This document shows, one piece after another, positions 11,908 to 24,729 of a stretch of 64,000 bases of DNA. Under the pieces are notes generated by a model. That model was not told where the DNA came from. It made no database searches and saw only the letters and a list, made by a program, of their open reading frames with translations. The number at the start of each line of letters is the position of its first letter. Positions within the stretch are counted from its first letter, which is position 1. The translations under genes and the position numbers were made by a program. This DNA comes from Oopsacas minuta (taxonomy: Eukaryota > Animalia > Porifera). The DNA lies in the NCBI GenBank assembly GCA_024704765.1, contig JAKMXF010000002.1, positions 1 through 64,000 on the forward strand, given 5' to 3'.

Positions 11908-13972
11908 CCGTATTTCCCTGAATAAGCGCGCCGGCGCTTATTTTTTTCGTGCATGTGAAACCCCCGGCGCTTATTCAAACCGGCGCTTAATCAATCCCCG
12001 GCGCTTATTTTTTTCGTGCACATGAAACTCCAGGCCCTTATTTTGAGGAAGATGATAGAAATTAGTTTTCCCTAATTAAATAGGTAGTATCTAATAATAC
12101 ATTGATGAAGTTAGTACTATATAAAAGCTACGTAACTATGTAGTGCATTTATAAGGATCATCCTGGACCTCCTCACACAAATTTTCGTCATCTAGGAAAA
12201 CAATTTGATTTAGTTCATCTTGTTCAAAGTCTAGTTCGTGCGGGTTTTCAGACTTGTCATCCATACCGTTGTTTATGGTCAGTTCTTCTAATTTCTGAAC
12301 TAGCTCATCACGCTTGCTGAAAAGTATCCCATCCTCTTTAATAACTGTGATCTTATCATTTTCGGAATTGTCAATACTATTTGAAATTGCGCACGACTTG
12401 AAAGATTCTGTAATGATTTCTGTGGATAAGGGTTCCCAGGCTTTTTTGACCCACGAGGCTACTAAAAGTTTAGTAGGAGCTTTCATGTTACCACCACGTG
12501 TGTACTCTTTCTCACCTTCACTCATCCACTGCTCATACTGCTCACGATAAGCAGCTTTAAAGGACTTATTCCAGGACACATCAGGCGCTTGGATCAGAAC
12601 GGTGCATCCTCCAGGAATAACTGCCATGCCAGTTTTCAGCCTTGCAACCTCTTTTTTGATACTATCTTGGATATGACATCTAAAACTGTCCCAAACAAGT
12701 AGTCTCCGCCCGAATGATAATCCTCCCCATACAGTTTGTAACCATTCATGGGTCAACTTTTCATCCATCCATCCATTACTACTCATAACACAAACAACAC
12801 CACTGAGTTCATTAAGATCACGATCACGTCTTTTACCTTTGAAAACAATAAATGGGGGTAGTTTAATGCCATTTGCTTTAGCAGCGAGACACACAGTAAT
12901 GCGGGACTTTTCGTGGCCGGTTGTCCTAATTGGGATAGATTTCTGTCCCACGAAATCGACAGTTGTATCGGCAGGCATGTCAAACCATATTGGAGTCTCA
13001 TCCATGGCTCCGATATGGGAAAGCTGGTATTGATTACGTAGAATTTGCGAGCATACGAAGATGATGTAATTCATCAACTTTGGAATGACTGTTTCAGGAA
13101 TCTTTTGTCCAACTGTAGCACGACGCCTGAGAGTAATATTGTGTCTACCAAAAAAGTTCCGTAGCCAACCGCGACTTGCTACGAAGGATTCTTCTTCTCC
13201 AGCATAGAGTTCTAGAGCCTTTCCCTGTACCATTTTATGTGTAACTCTCAGCCTCTGGCTTCTCAGTTCCTCAATCCATGAATACAAACTTTCCTCCAAC
13301 GTTTCGAATGAAGGCGGCCGACCACCGCCATCTAGCCTACGACGCTTTGCATTATGAGCAGCTTCACAACTATCTTTCAGCTTGTCTTTATTTTTGCACC
13401 ATTCTCGGATACGCTTGCAGTCGACATCATACTTTCGAGCTGCTTCTTCCTTTGAATTTCCAGAAGTTACAAAACGAACAGCTTCTAATTTAAATTCAAG
13501 TGTGTAGCTATGAAACTTTCGTTTTATTTGTCCTTTTTACATATTTACTATTGCTAATATGAAAGAGAAGACAATATTATGTAGCTAATAATGGCTAGTA
13601 CCGGTACACGAATTACTATTTGTACAATTTGAAAAATCTAACATATAAACTCAACACAATACAATTTGTAATCCAACCTCTATTAATCGAGCTTTATACT
13701 AATCAGAATGTTTTTCACGTCACGTAATCAGTTCACACTAACACGTTTATTACGCCTACTTTCAGTTTTTTAATCGATAGAATCATAATGTAAACATTAT
13801 TCATTCATTCAAACTTGTGATATACCATATACATATACTTTTACTAATCAATGAATTTCAATCCCTAGCGTTTATTTAAACGGGCACTTATAATAGACCG
13901 GCGCTTATTCAAGCCCCGGCGCTTATTCTTTTCGTTCATAGAAACCCCCGGCGCTTATTCGGGGAAATACGG
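11908..13972 (-). mobile_element. pogo-family (DD35D, POGK/Passer-like) element
   Basis: TA|CCGTATTTCCCTGAATAAGCGC ... GCGCTTATTCGGGGAAATACGG|TA, with repeated CCGGCGCTTATT subterminal motifs at both ends. Confidence 0.92.
12136..13542 (-). pseudogene. pogo transposase (Brinker-like DNA-binding domain, CENP-B HTH, DDE_1), 468 codons with one stop at codon 2
   Basis: The ATG at 13542 is followed by TAA, then an open frame (KRKFHSYTLEFKLEAV..GGGRP) continuous with the listed 387-aa ORF. Motifs MDETP, WDSFRCH and QAPDVSWN give a DD35D spacing. Confidence 0.88.
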
Positions 13973-15036
13973 TAGTCTTTTCTATTCCAGCAAGACGGCG
14001 CACCGGCTCACAGATCAAACACCCCCCAAAATTGGTTACGATAAAACATTCCGGATTTCATTACCAAGAAGGAATGGCCTCCATCAAGCCCAGATTTGAA
14101 TCCAATGGACTTCTCAATCTGGTCCATATTGGAGAAAAATGCCTGTGCAAGGTCACATTCAAGTGTGGAAGCTCTGAAGAAGTCTTTGCACCGTGAGTGG
14201 GAAAAAATTCCACAGGATAACCTACGAGCCGCCGTTGAGGCGTTCCCCCAACGTTTGAAGAGGGTAGTCGAAAAGAAAAGCGGCTACATTGAGTAGCTAC
14301 TATCGAATGTATTGATATAGTTATCTAGTAGAACTGGAATAAATCTCAGTGAATATCGTTTGATATTTTTTGAATTATGAATTTTTGTCAATTGGTCAGA
14401 ACTTATTGGCCACCCTGTATGAAAAGACTGTTTTGAGAATTGATCAACCGAGCACTGAAGAGGGGACAACTTCCACAGTGAATGTTGCTACGTAGATCTT
14501 GTTTCATCAATAAGAAAAATTTCCTCTATTGGGTGTGTACCCTGATTCCACCTGATCCTAGGGAACCGATACGTACTTTACAAAGCAAATTTTCTGTATT
14601 GTTACCCGCCTTTAACTCTAATCAAACAATTGACACAGACAAATTGGATTCGCTTTGCAAAGAGACCTATGAATCAATACTCATCGATTTAACATGGGTA
14701 AGTATAACTCCATCACTTCACAGACCACTAGCTCATTCTTCAGAATTAATTAGAGATTGTAAAAATGGTTTCAGACTGAAGGACTTTTTTGAAGAAGCAG
14801 TCGAGGTATGCAATTCATTGATTAGAAAAACCGTGAACATCTTGTCAGAAAGATATCCTTTACATCAAAGGCCAAGGATGTGTTTGTCCGTCTCCTTAGT
14901 GAAAGTGATCTTGTTTAAGCGAGTTACCGACAGTAAACTAAGTGTAAAATATGGGACTATTTGGTCATAATTGTCGCTTGAGATGTAGTCTTCGGCAGCT
15001 AGTACCCCAAGAACAAGATGCATTATTCCACTCATT

Positions 15037-18000
15037 CAGTGGCGGATCCAGGGGGGGATAGGGGGGATATATCCCCCCACCAGACTTTTGGCCTCCTAGT
15101 CTTTCGAATTCATTCTGATTATTATTTTTATTTTTCATACAATATTTCAATCATGTCTTTGATTTATAGCGTTTTACAATTATCTGTTGCTACTCAACTT
15201 CTCTCGGTTGTGAAATTAGTATAATGTACATATATATATATAGCGCTAGGTTAGGTAATTGGCTTCACCTTTACCTTTGCTTCTATAACTCTGGACAGGT
15301 TTGACCACTTTTCGATTTTCCCTGACCATTTTTAATTTGCTTGCGTGTGGCCTGATAGCTATTTGTACTTTGACTTTTTTCTCATTTTTGTAAATCTAGA
15401 TATACCAAATTTGATTATGGATCCCAAAAGAAAATGTTTATTGGATTATTTCAGTTCAAATGCTACTTCCAGTCAGTCATCTAACTCCGAGTTCAATCTA
15501 AATATAGATGGTAATGATGCAACTATGCAAGAAACTTTGTTGGTAGACCCAGGATCACTGTCAAATCAAGATTCTTCTTACATTGCTGAAGGTATGACAG
15601 AGAGGTCATCCTTGGATACCGATCTAGATTTATATGATATCGGACATTTGTATAAGTTCCGCGAGAATGATTGGTTTTTAGATGGTCCTGCACTCTCTGA
15701 TTTCCAAAATTTAACTTGCTCGCAAAACATCGCATGCCTGATCTTAATTTTTCATTTCCTTTTGGTGAAAAGCTTATCAGTTCAGCTTCTAAGGGTGAAA
15801 AGAAACTCAAACGGTCTATTTATCATTTTCTCATATCACTGGAAAATTTGATTGTTTTAAATATTCGTTTTTAATTAAGGTAGTTGTTTGTGCTCCTTGT
15901 GCACTGTTCACTTGGAGAGAAGTTGAAAATGATAAAGGAAAGTTAACAAATGTTGGTTCATTTGTTCAAACTCCATTTACAAATTACAAAAAGATTGATG
16001 ATAAGGTTAAAGAACATATTTTAAAAGATTACCACAAATCTGGTCAAGAACGAGCCGACATTTTCGTTTACAACATGCAAAATTCAAAAAGTATATTAAC
16101 AACAATTTGTGAAGCACGTAAGGACGAGGAAAATGAAAATAGGGAACGCCTTATTCCGATCATCAAAACGATAATCTTGTGTGGTAGATTGGGTATTGCT
16201 CTAAGAGCCCACAGGGATGATGGGCTATTAAATGATGAAGTTGATATCTCTGGACAATTTGGGAATTTCCGTGCTTTATTAGCTTTTAGGGTTGAAAGTG
16301 GTGACAAATTATTAAAGGAACATTTAGTAAAACCAATAAAAATGCGACGTATATTTCAAAAACTATCCAGAACACGTTTATAGATTTGTGTGGCCAAGAA
16401 ATTCTAAATACAATTGTAAGTGAAATACAGAAAATTGGATACTCTGCTATACTTGCTGATCAGACAACTGATAGTTCTCACCAAGAGCAGTTATGTTTCT
16501 GCATTCGTTATGTATCTGAAGATGCATTTATCAAAGAAGAATTTATATCTTACGGAGCAATGGAATTTGTGGATGCTAAGTCAATCACTGAAGAAATACT
16601 AAGTCGTGTTACATCTATTGGGTTGAATATTGACAATTGTATAGCTCAATGCTATGACGGGTGTTCAACCATGTCAGCCATATTTCAGGAGTCGCTACGC
16701 GTATAATGAAACATGCTCCACTTGCAATATACTTGCACTGTGCAAGTCACAGATTAAACCTTGTGCTTAATGATTCTTCAAAATTAACAGAAATAAGGCA
16801 CATGTTTGATATTGTTTCTGCGACGATAGATTATATCAATGATTCTTCTGGAAGAAGGAATGTTTTCGACGCACAGTTCATTTCATATTGTTCCACTAGG
16901 TTTGTTGAGAGACATGATGTAATTATAAGATTCTGTTCCAATATTTCATCTATTGTTTTAGGCCTAGAAAGAATTATTAGCGACAATCATTTCAATTGTA
17001 AATCTCGAGCTCAGCGCTTTCTCACTTAAATTCTATTAAAAATTCCTCCTTTTTAATATCACTAGCATGTGTTGGTAAAGTAATGTCAATCACTATTATT
17101 CTTTCCAAGATGTTGCAGACTGTGAATCTAAATTATGTTGAATGCATGCAATTTATTAAATCAACAATAGAAACGCTTGCCGTATTGAGAGAGGATTCAC
17201 AACAATGGAATGGGAGTAAGCTTAGTGTATTCAGTACAGTTGAATCAGACTCACAAATCTTAGGAATACACTGTCTAAACCAAGAAATTCGTCTAAAGGA
17301 ATTCTCAGTATATCATATGATGAATCTTGTGTAACTATGAGTACTTCTTCGAATCTTACAAGTGAAAGTACCTGTGACTATTACAGACCAAAAATTTGGA
17401 TTCCCTACATAGATGGAGTTATTGAGCATCTAAATTTGAGATTTTCAGGTCAATCAAAGATTGCGTTACAATTGAATAAGTTATTACAAACAAATGAAAT
17501 AAATATAAACTTACTCGAAACTGTGTATTCTTTCTATCAAACGCTATTGAATTGTACACAAATGGAATTTTTTGAGGAATTTAGAGTCTTCCAATCATTT
17601 CAAAGAAAAGTAGATACGGGAGATATTTATGAGTCCCTTTCAAGTTTGCCATTCCACTTCGAAAATGTAAAGAAATTATTTCAAATAGCATTGGCATTAC
17701 CTGTTACTACATGTACTCCAGAAAGATGCTTTAGTGCTATGAAAATTTTGAAAAACAGGCTCAGATCATCAATGTTGGACGAACGACTAAACGGATTAGC
17801 TTTGATGTATATTCATAAGGATATAGAAATTGATATATCTAACGTAATCAATTGATTTGCACTTGCAAAAAAGCGCAAAATAGATTTTGTAATATAGCAT
17901 CGTAATTTAGATTTTAGATTTTTATATTCTATACTGAATGAATAATTTAACAGATATTCTATATACGTGCATACGCTATTAGATGATATAGATTAAATGT

Positions 18001-18194
18001 AGTAATCTAAACCGGATACAAGTGGAATATAGGAAAGACCTTCAATCAGTGAGAATAGAATAAAATACATGAAATTGCAGTTAGTTGGGTGGCCAGGGGC
18101 TTCGCCTTGGACCCCACTGGGGGGCTTACAGCGCCCCCCAGACCTCCAGCTGGGTTGATATCCCCCCCATCAGAGATTCCTGGATCCGCCACTG
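15037..18194 (+). mobile_element. hAT element (THAP12/ZMYM1-like transposase: TTF-type zinc finger, DUF4371, hATC), multiply frameshifted over about 15416..17897
   Basis: TIRs CAGTGGCGGATCCAGG / CCTGGATCCGCCACTG with 8-bp TSD CACTCATT/CACACATT. Motifs [39 protein letters not shown] and LPVTTCTPERCFSAMK..RSSMLDERLNGLALM. Confidence 0.92.
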
Positions 18195-18559
18195 CACACA
18201 TTAGTTATTTGGTATTCAAATATATATTATTTAGTATAAGACTAAAGTATAAACAAGCAGTTTATCTATCAATTAAACTTACAGGGCGGTTTCTTTAACA
18301 TAATTGCAAAATTGATGGACAAGTTTAATGGAGAATAAAAACAATTTCCAAATTCACATCATATGAGTGATATTATTACAGTTCATGGGTTACTATTAGT
18401 GTGAATATTCAACCATAGTAATATTTATTTTTGCCAAACTATAGAATACCTGAAAATACACATAATGCGAAATTCTACATAAATTCTGATAGTTGCAATC
18501 AACTCGTGAACACCGATTTCCTATAAATCAATAGTACATATCAAATAGCTAAGTAGTAA

Positions 18560-19382
18560 ACCAATACCTAGTTCCACTAAATTCCAAATTTAAGCCACTG
18601 TGGATTGTTAAAGTGAAAATGTAAACTGTCCTATATGAAACCAGCTTTGAGCTACTCGCCAATCAACTTTATTAGAGATCGCTCTGACGCCTTATGTGCT
18701 GACTCAGTAAGGCCATTTGTTTGAGGATTGGATAGTGTAGTGAAATGAGTGAAGTTGTGAGCTTCTTGAAGAGCTTTCGATATCATGCTGGTAAATTCAG
18801 GATAGTTATCAGTAACGATCTGTATCGGAGCCCCTTGCCTACAATAGAAAGAGAATATCCCTTTTGCAAATTCCTTTACTTCTTTCGTTTGAGTGGCCGA
18901 TTCTCAATCCACTTTGTAAAGTGATCAATAAATGTCAAGATATACTTTTACCCTTCTGATTCGAATAATAGACCGATCAAATCTAACCCCACTCTGTACC
19001 ACACTTTAGTGATGATGGGAAATGGTTGTAAAGGCAAAATAGGAGATTTTAAGGAATGTTGATTTCTGGCAAGGTCCACATTTTAGGATGAAAGAATGAA
19101 TTTCGTTGTACATATTCGCCCAATAATAACTTTCTTTTGCGATGCTGTAAGAATATTCGAGGCATTGGTGTCCGCTGTTGTCATGCACTTCTTTGAGTAT
19201 GTCTAATAGTATATCAGCAGTTATAACTAATGGTAATTTTCTCCCCAACGCTTCACTAGTTAACAGATAAATGGCATAAGATGAGCATTTTTTCGTACTT
19301 TATTAATATTTTTGTTTGAATTGAGCAGATAACTTCGCAGATTCAAGTAATTTTCTATAGAAACATACTCATTTGTTTCCAT
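18560..19382 (-). pseudogene. Stand-alone Gypsy-type integrase (GIN/Ginger-like): H2C2 zinc finger plus rve core
   Basis: The ATG at 19382 begins METNEYVSIENYL..VRKNA, followed by EVHDNSGH..YYWANMY..CGPCQ, VGLDLIG, IDHFTKW, IVTDNYPEF and PQTNGLTE. No protease, RT or RNase H is visible upstream. Confidence 0.7.
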
Positions 19383-20466
19383 TTATGTGAAATAATATAG
19401 AACTTTTTCGAAAATTGTAAGTATTGCTCTTACACTTTCTCTGACGCTATAATTAGCCTGCTAAGTCCGTAGTTTGACTGTTTACGTAGCTACATATATA
19501 TTTACATAATGAATATATTGTTGTTAATCCTACGACATTTGTTGGATAAATGTATCTTATTCACTGCATCTAATAAGTAGATTGATGATCTACGTAAAGA
19601 TATTGATCGCGCAATTATTTCTTCATATACATAGTATTAGTGGAATTTGATGACAGTATTTCAGCTAAGTGTATTATGATAATCATTTATATTAATCTAA
19701 AACAATTGTATAATCAGCATGAAACCCTCCAAACAATACATATAAGGGGATGGATTTCAACAAAACAACTCTCTGTCCCTATTTTTATCCAGCCAATAAT
19801 CTCTCAATACCTATAGACGATATAATTTGAGTGTATAACCATTATGATCTCATCGTAACTTCATTCATTCCTGTTATGGCTGTGAAGATAGAGGTACTTT
19901 GACAGTTGACACATATGTGTTGAATATGTATGTTTTGAGAGCGCGATGAAAGGAAACTAGCATAAGAATCATTACATTTGACACAATTCATGAAGTAGAT
20001 CTAATATCACCAGATCCATGAGATTATGTATATCATTACTTGTTACATTGGACGACATTCTAACATAATAATTTTCTATTTCGGGCAATATATTTGTTCA
20101 AAATTGCTCAATGGAATTGTATGACAAATATGGCCAGAAGCTGTACAATTGCACACTTAGGCGTAGCTAGGCCAACTATATGGTGGGGCACATATCAGGG
20201 CGGACCATGGGTCACCATTGGTGACCCATGACCCAACTGACCCATCGTATCCGAGACTCATGACCCATTGACCCAGGACCCATCTGACCCATCGTATCCG
20301 AGACTCATGACCCATTGACCCATTGACCCAGGACCCATCCGACCCATTGACCCATCAACTGACCCATTGACTCATTGGTGACTCAATTTCTAAAAATCTA
20401 ATCAGATAGTAGTAACAACACACACGAAACTCAGTCTATACTAGTAACAACCATAATTAAATGATG

Positions 20467-23400
20467 CTAATCAATTAAACTATTATTGTATCCATCTAAC
20501 ACTACAGAAATTGCCTGTACAGTTTCTGGGTTCAGGTGGTTTCTCATTGGCTTAATTACAGTCTGTTTCAAAAGTATTGGCAGTAAATTATAATATTAAT
20601 ATTTCAGAAATTGGAACAAATAGCAAATAGATAATGATACTACGAAATTCTATGGGTAAGATAAATCTGTAAACAAAATTTCAGTAATTAATCTTCTCCC
20701 CTCCCGAATTTATGCACATATTTACACGGTTAGGCATAGATAATATAAAATTTTTCAGGAAATCGGGGGTAAAAGTCTCCCATTCGTAAATTATAGCTAC
20801 TTCTAAATCAGCCAAGTTATTGAGAGATCTCTTTGACAACCTCTGCTTTAGGACTCCCCAGATGTTCTCAATTGGATATAAGTCTGGAGAATAGGCAGGC
20901 CAATCCAATACTAGAATATTTTCACTATCTTTCCACTCTTTGCTGAGCTTAGATTTATGAACTGGGGAATTGTCTTCCTGCAGAATCCATCCCTCAGGAT
21001 AGTAAACATCAGCTGTTCTGATTAAACACTCATTCAGAGTATCAATATACAATTTGGAGACAAAATTAGAAGTAAATATCTTCAATATAGTGGTTCCCAT
21101 GGAAGAAATCCCTCCTCAAACGTGTAATTTTGGTGTGTGCCGTTGAACCTTCAGAATAGGATTTTCTTTTGCTTTAGTCCACATGCCAACACTTCCCCGA
21201 TTTAACCAAATAGAACATTCGTCTGTGAAGAATACATTCTCCCAACAATAATTCACATGATCTTTACACCATTCAACTCTGTTTTTAGCTATTAATGGGG
21301 TAATGAATGGTCCCATAACAGCTTGTTTAAAGTTAAATCCACAAGCACGAGTTGCCCGGTAAACTGTTGAAGTTGACGGAGCATCGGTGTACTTGGAAGA
21401 GAGATTCGCGTGTACAGAACGTATAGAGATCTTAGAATGAGAATTTAACGTTCGTATAATTGATTGTTTGTGTGAATATGTGATAGCCTTGGGACGCCCA
21501 CTAACACTTTTATGTGTTATGCTTTTGCCTTCACGAAGTATAGATTTTATACGAAAAATTGTCCTCAATGGTATCCCTGTTTTAGCAGAGATTTCCTTCG
21601 CTGAAGTAATACCTACATCAATAAATATATTGATTTTCCTCCCTGTTCTAATTGCGACATTTAGCTACAAATAGGGCTAAAATATAATTTGTTTTATTAA
21701 ATGGGATCAAATTGGCAGCTGTGGCGGTGGGAAATTTTATGCCTCAAAATTTCCCGTTTCAAATATCTGAATCGAGGTAAACATTAAGAAAGTCTATCAT
21801 GATTAATGATAAATTTCATGGTGACTATCTAAGTATGCAATATCGTCAAGATCAATAGATAATACTATCACACAATTGAATAGGCTTAGGAAATATGAAA
21901 TATGAACTACTGCCAATACTTTTGAAACAGACTGTATGTTTCTAGCATTAAACGCACTATAATGACGTTCACTCTCTGCCGACGAAGTGGGTATTACAAA
22001 AACTCTTTTCGCCAACTGAGCAAGGTTATGATAAAGTATGTTTTTCTTCCCACCACTCGAGTGGATTGTACCCGACTCGAGGTTGTGGCACTTTTTCTAA
22101 ATTGTACTGAAACAGTTCGGTTTCAATTGTTCCTCTTAATGATTCAGAACATTGCATTCCATCGGTAGATTTTTGGGAGGCCATCTCAATACTGTAGAAC
22201 CAACTAAATGGATTTGTCTTCTTCTTTTTTGTAGGAGTAGCTTCGCCCATACATTCAGTTTCAGGTTCATTTGTAACATCTTTACTAGCACAACCCATAT
22301 CATCTAATGTTATATCTTCTGACAAAACGTGTATACTTTCTAACACTTGAACTAGAAATAAATTCCTATCCGCTACAGATGTCACAAAGGCAAAATATCT
22401 CAAAGAAGGATCTAAATAAGTAGCCACAAAGTGCAACATTCCCAAACTTGACCAAAATTTTTCAGTTAGAAACTTTAGGAACTTGGACTTTAAAGTCGTA
22501 ATGATCGTATTATCTGAATCATTAGGTTTCCATGTCTCATAAAGTGTGTAATATACTGGCAAGCCATTTTGAAGAGTCGGCACATTGGCAAATTCAAGCA
22601 TATCAAAGAAAGTAGATAAAGGCTCCAAAAAGTCTACCACATCACGCAGTAAATCAATATTTATACGCGAAATAAGATGTTCCCTTTTCCGGTTGCGTAA
22701 TTCAAACAATAACGCTTCACGACTTTTCAAAATTGAGACGAACATGTTTGATAAGCTTCTCCAAGGTCGAGTCAATCCTCCGTGCTTCAGAGTAGAAGGA
22801 AGGTTACTCTGTATTCCTGAAGAGTGGTTGACAAACCTTACCAATTCATGACAAAATTGATCAAGATACATTAACTCTTCGTTCAGTTGAAGAATTTCTT
22901 TCCAAGCTGAATCTATGACAGTATTTAATCTGTGACAAAGACAATCTACATGGGTTTTATCAGTTGTAGCTGCTATGATGTTTGAACCCTTATCGGTTGT
23001 ACATGGGGTGTCATAAATATCAAGGTTCAATTCGGATAAAATGGAGTCAATAGCTTGTTTAATATTGTATCCGGTATGCCGTTGCTCAAAGTATTCACAC
23101 TTATACATAGCGTGACATAATTCGTAGTCCTCAGTGATCCAGAAGACTGTAAAGTCCATAAAACTGTTCTTATTTACATCGTCTGTAGTAAGGTCTGTAG
23201 TAAATGAGACACATTTTTGCTGACCATACTGAGCAACTTTACATCGAATTAGTTCCTGACATTCCTTCATTTTCAAAAAGGTAGAACGTTGAATAGTTTG
23301 GCGACTATAGAGGAGATCAGCAACATCAATATTACCATATTTACTGCCCATCTGGACCATTAATTGGGCAAATTCACGAAGACCGACATTTTCCACAAAA

Positions 23401-23789
23401 TGAAAAGATGTCCCACCCTGTACTACCATCTTAACCTCTGCATCTTTGATTGCTTTACATTCAACATTGGGAAATTTGTGGTGAGCCGGTTTTAAGTAAG
23501 ACTTTAAGGTTGGCTGTAACGAGTTAGACAACGAAACGCAAGTTCTCATGTGGTCAATCATATTCTTCGTTCCAAATAATTTGACTGAATCGTCCTTTAC
23601 AGCTTTGTATTGGATACAACAGTAACATCGGTTACAACAACACCAGCCAAATATTTCTCTACCATCACTTTGCTCCAGAATTCGAAAAGATTTCCAACAT
23701 TCGGACTTGACCGATTTATCCAAATTCTCTTTTAATGTAACTTCATTCCTGCGAATAGCGTCGCGTAGAGAAGATGCAGACCATGACAT
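20467..23789 (-). pseudogene. Hermes-like hAT transposase: 587-aa ORF plus a C-terminus separated by one frameshift and a Tc1 insertion
   Basis: Motifs TTDLTTD, TTDKGSN, CLCHRLNTV, TRPWRSL and NPLEWW, then a shift to LAKRVFVIPTSSAESERHYSAF. Removing 20559..21934 plus one TA restores NARNIIKPMRNHLNPETVQAISVVLDGYNNSLID* (stop at 20467). Confidence 0.88.
20559..21934 (-). mobile_element. Tc1 (DD34E) element with frameshifted transposase, about 21655..20681
   Basis: TA|CAGTCTGTTTCAAAAGTATTGGCAGTA ... TACTGCCAATACTTTTGAAACAGACTG|TA. Motifs SGRPK, FTDECS, QEDNSPVH and SPDLYPIENIW, with a spacing of 34. Confidence 0.92.
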
Positions 23790-24729
23790 CTAACTGAAAT
23801 ATATTAACTAATTGAATAATGTATATATATAAACTCATTGTAGATAAGTCCCGTGAACTTTATTCATAATTACTAAATATATTTGAAACTTGGCAATAGA
23901 ATAGTGAGATATGTGTGTAAGTAACTAAGGTATGGAAGTATTTTTAAGTACATACAAAATCAAAATAATGCGTAAGCCTATTAGTATACGACTAAATGGA
24001 CATAATAAACCATGGATAATCTGTTGGCATGTCTTAAGTATTTTTTGAAAATATCGCAATAATTATGAGTGATTTGCAAACTGAATAATCCATAAAAATT
24101 CCACATGGGTCATGGGTCACGGAGCCGTGACCCATGACCCATGTGACCCATCGATTTACGTGACCCATCTGACCCATGACCCATGACCCATCGACCCATG
24201 GTCCACTCTGGCACATATATACATAGCATGGGAGAGAATGCGGAATTGACGCAATTGGAATTACAATGGAATGAAATACTTTCAATTACTTGAAAAAATG
24301 ATACTCTATCCTCTCATTAACACATTTGATCCTATAAATATATCTACTTGGGGCATTCAAAAAGTTCCCATCCTTAGTTTGAGCAGCCAAACTCTACTCG
24401 AATAAATGAAATGCATAGTATATCCTAATAGTATCGTTTACCTATTTAATGCCCTTTAAGCATTTTACTCTAGCTATTATATATCCTTATATATTCTACT
24501 TTTAACCTAAGAGTCCACTTTTTCATGGCTTCAAAACACATATCGAGGAACACCGAACAACGAGCTTACATAAAGATTCGTACCGTACTCGGCGACAAAC
24601 CACTCCAGATACATGAGGATCTAGTCACGGTTTATCACGGCTATCTGTAGAGTATCCCACTATAAAGGAATTGGCATGTAAAGTAAAGGCAAGTAGGCGC
24701 AGCATGGAAGAACGGAAGACCAATCTTCG

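Larger units (their letters stand above)
11048..14417 (+). mobile_element. maT (DD37D) mariner-like element with defective transposase 11208..14296, carrying a nested pogo element
   Basis: TA|CAGGGTGGCCAATAAGTTC ... GAACTTATTGGCCACCCTG|TA. Motifs RSGRP, FSDEKLF, FQQDGAPAH and SPDLNPMDFSIW, with 37 residues between the second and third D. Confidence 0.9.
9630..14970 (+). pseudogene. Transib/RAG1-core-like transposase, copy A, split by a nested maT and pogo insertion
   Basis: Motifs GRKPLSEI..LRHGLR, EIGKRKY, SDGIDGSGCH (first D), PNSPFCVRHIAL, RDGKM (second D), HCQLC, ITPSLHRPLAH and FEEAVEVCNSLIRK. Removing 11048..14417 plus one TA restores MKFACDLLYEKTVLRIDQP. Termini were not found. Confidence 0.75.
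20196..24210 (-). mobile_element. hAT element of the Hermes/Ac type with TGACCCA subterminal arrays
   Basis: TIRs CAGGGCGGACCATGGGTC / GACCCATGGTCCACTCTG with a perfect 8-bp TSD GCACATAT (20188-20195 and 24211-24218). Confidence 0.93.

Noticed and set aside
12314-13493. Short ORFs antisense to or overlapping transposase genes (here and at 11319-11742, 22585-22851, 30480-30716, 51534-52979)
   Set aside because: They are shadow frames of recognised coding regions with no independent motifs.
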